Positions 63,206 through 64,000 of a DNA stretch of 64,000 nucleotides are shown here, in pieces (the first letter of the stretch is position 1; each line of letters opens with the position of its first letter). This DNA is from an uncultured Actinomycetota bacterium (GTDB lineage Bacteria; Actinomycetota; Actinomycetes; Mycobacteriales; Pseudonocardiaceae). The notes under the pieces are model-generated. The model was not told the origin of the DNA and ran no database searches. It was given only the letters and a program-made list of their open reading frames with translations. The stretch is taken from contig CAWFMI010000004.1 in NCBI GenBank assembly GCA_963816995.1, forward strand, positions 95,973-159,972, written 5' to 3'. A program made the translations under genes and the position numbers.

Positions 63206-63231
63206 CACAGGCGCTCATTACCCTGGCGGCC

Positions 63232-63996
63232 ATGAGCACGAGCCCGGACCGGCGCCCCGACGAGAAGCAAAGAGGCCCGGTGGTGCTGCGCCGCGAGCGG
63301 CGCAACGAGCCGACCACCACCGACCAGCGGCTGCTCGACTCACGCGGGCCGAGCGACTGGGTGCACACCGACCCGTGGCGGGTCATGCGCATCCAGGCCG
63401 AGTTCGTCGAGGGCTTCGGGATGCTCGCGGAGCTGCCACGCGCGGTCACCGTGTTCGGCTCGGCGCGCACACCCCGTGACCATCTCGAGTACGCGCAGGG
63501 CCGGGCGCTGGGCACGGCGCTGGCCGAGGCCGGCTTCGCGGTGATCACCGGCGGTGGCCCCGGTGCGATGGAGGCGGCCAACAAGGGCTGCTCCGAGGCG
63601 GGCGGGCTCTCCGTGGGCCTGGGCATCGAGCTGCCGTTCGAGCAGGGCCTCAACGACTGGGTCGACCTGGGCATCAACTTCCGCTACTTCTTCGCCCGCA
63701 AGACCATGTTCGTGAAGTACTCGCAGGCGTTCGTCTGCCTACCCGGCGGGTTCGGCACCCTCGACGAGCTGTTCGAGGCGCTCACGCTGGTGCAGACGAA
63801 GAAGGTCACCAAGTTCCCGGTGGTACTGCTGGGCAGTGAGTACTGGGGCGGCCTGTACGACTGGATCGCCAAGACCGTGCTCGACAGCGGCAAGGTGGGC
63901 GAGAAGGACATCGCCCTGCTGCACCTCACCGACGACGTCGACGACGCCGTGTCGATCGTGCAAGAGGCATGGCGGGCATGGGAGGAGACCCACTGA
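63232..63996 (+). CDS. LOG-family (TIGR00730-type) nucleotide phosphoribohydrolase
   Basis: VITGGGPGAMEAANKG and PGGFGTLDELFEALTLVQTKK motifs. Confidence 0.88.
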   Translation: MSTSPDRRPDEKQRGPVVLRRERRNEPTTTDQRLLDSRGPSDWVHTDPWRVMRIQAEFVEGFGMLAELPRAVTVFGSARTPRDHLEYAQGRALGTALAEAGFAVITGGGPGAMEAANKGCSEAGGLSVGLGIELPFEQGLNDWVDLGINFRYFFARKTMFVKYSQAFVCLPGGFGTLDELFEALTLVQTKKVTKFPVVLLGSEYWGGLYDWIAKTVLDSGKVGEKDIALLHLTDDVDDAVSIVQEAWRAWEETH

Positions 63997-64000
63997 ACGA

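Noticed and set aside
1-64000. Search by eye for tRNA, rRNA, tmRNA, riboswitch-like leaders, transposase or integrase genes and CRISPR arrays
   Set aside because: None recognised. All long intergenic gaps are explained by promoters or palindromic repeats. This is a visual assessment only. tRNAscan, Infernal/Rfam and ISfinder-type searches would be needed to be sure.

Overview
High-GC actinobacterial chromosomal segment. The right half follows the conserved actinomycete core order typA - lpqW-like - peptide ABC operons - mshB - fdxA - dapC / dapD / dapE - LOG. I call about 60 protein-coding genes and recognised no rRNA, tRNA, CRISPR array, transposase or integrase by eye. All family assignments rest on motifs read from the supplied translations; no database search or RNA folding was possible. 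Start codons marked uncertain are my own choices from in-frame starts and Shine-Dalgarno-like purine runs. Main observations: (1) ychF is followed by three different toxin-antitoxin cassettes. Each cassette is bounded by a copy of the last 27 nt of ychF, and no recombinase is present. (2) The 9.6-19.7 kb block combines a membrane-anchored Hsp70 ATPase domain lacking a substrate-binding domain, a polyacidic protein, a STAND/LuxR regulator and an iniB/iniA/iniC-like operon with two dynamin-like GTPases. It is my best candidate for an uncharacterised envelope-stress or defence system. (3) The class-I DAHP synthase gene has a 22-codon leader ORF encoding W-Y-Y-W-F, followed by a terminator-like hairpin. 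(4) The same TGTATACA palindrome lies in two divergent promoter regions next to a GntR gene. (5) There is a set of intergenic stacked-unit nested palindromes: three roughly 74-bp copies, a 166-bp version and two other nested hairpin regions. One orphan gene is flanked by two copies, and another copy sits in the dapD/dapE divergent promoter. (6) dapC carries an apparent 1-nt frameshift. (7) Two paralogous five-gene peptide ABC operons converge tail to tail.
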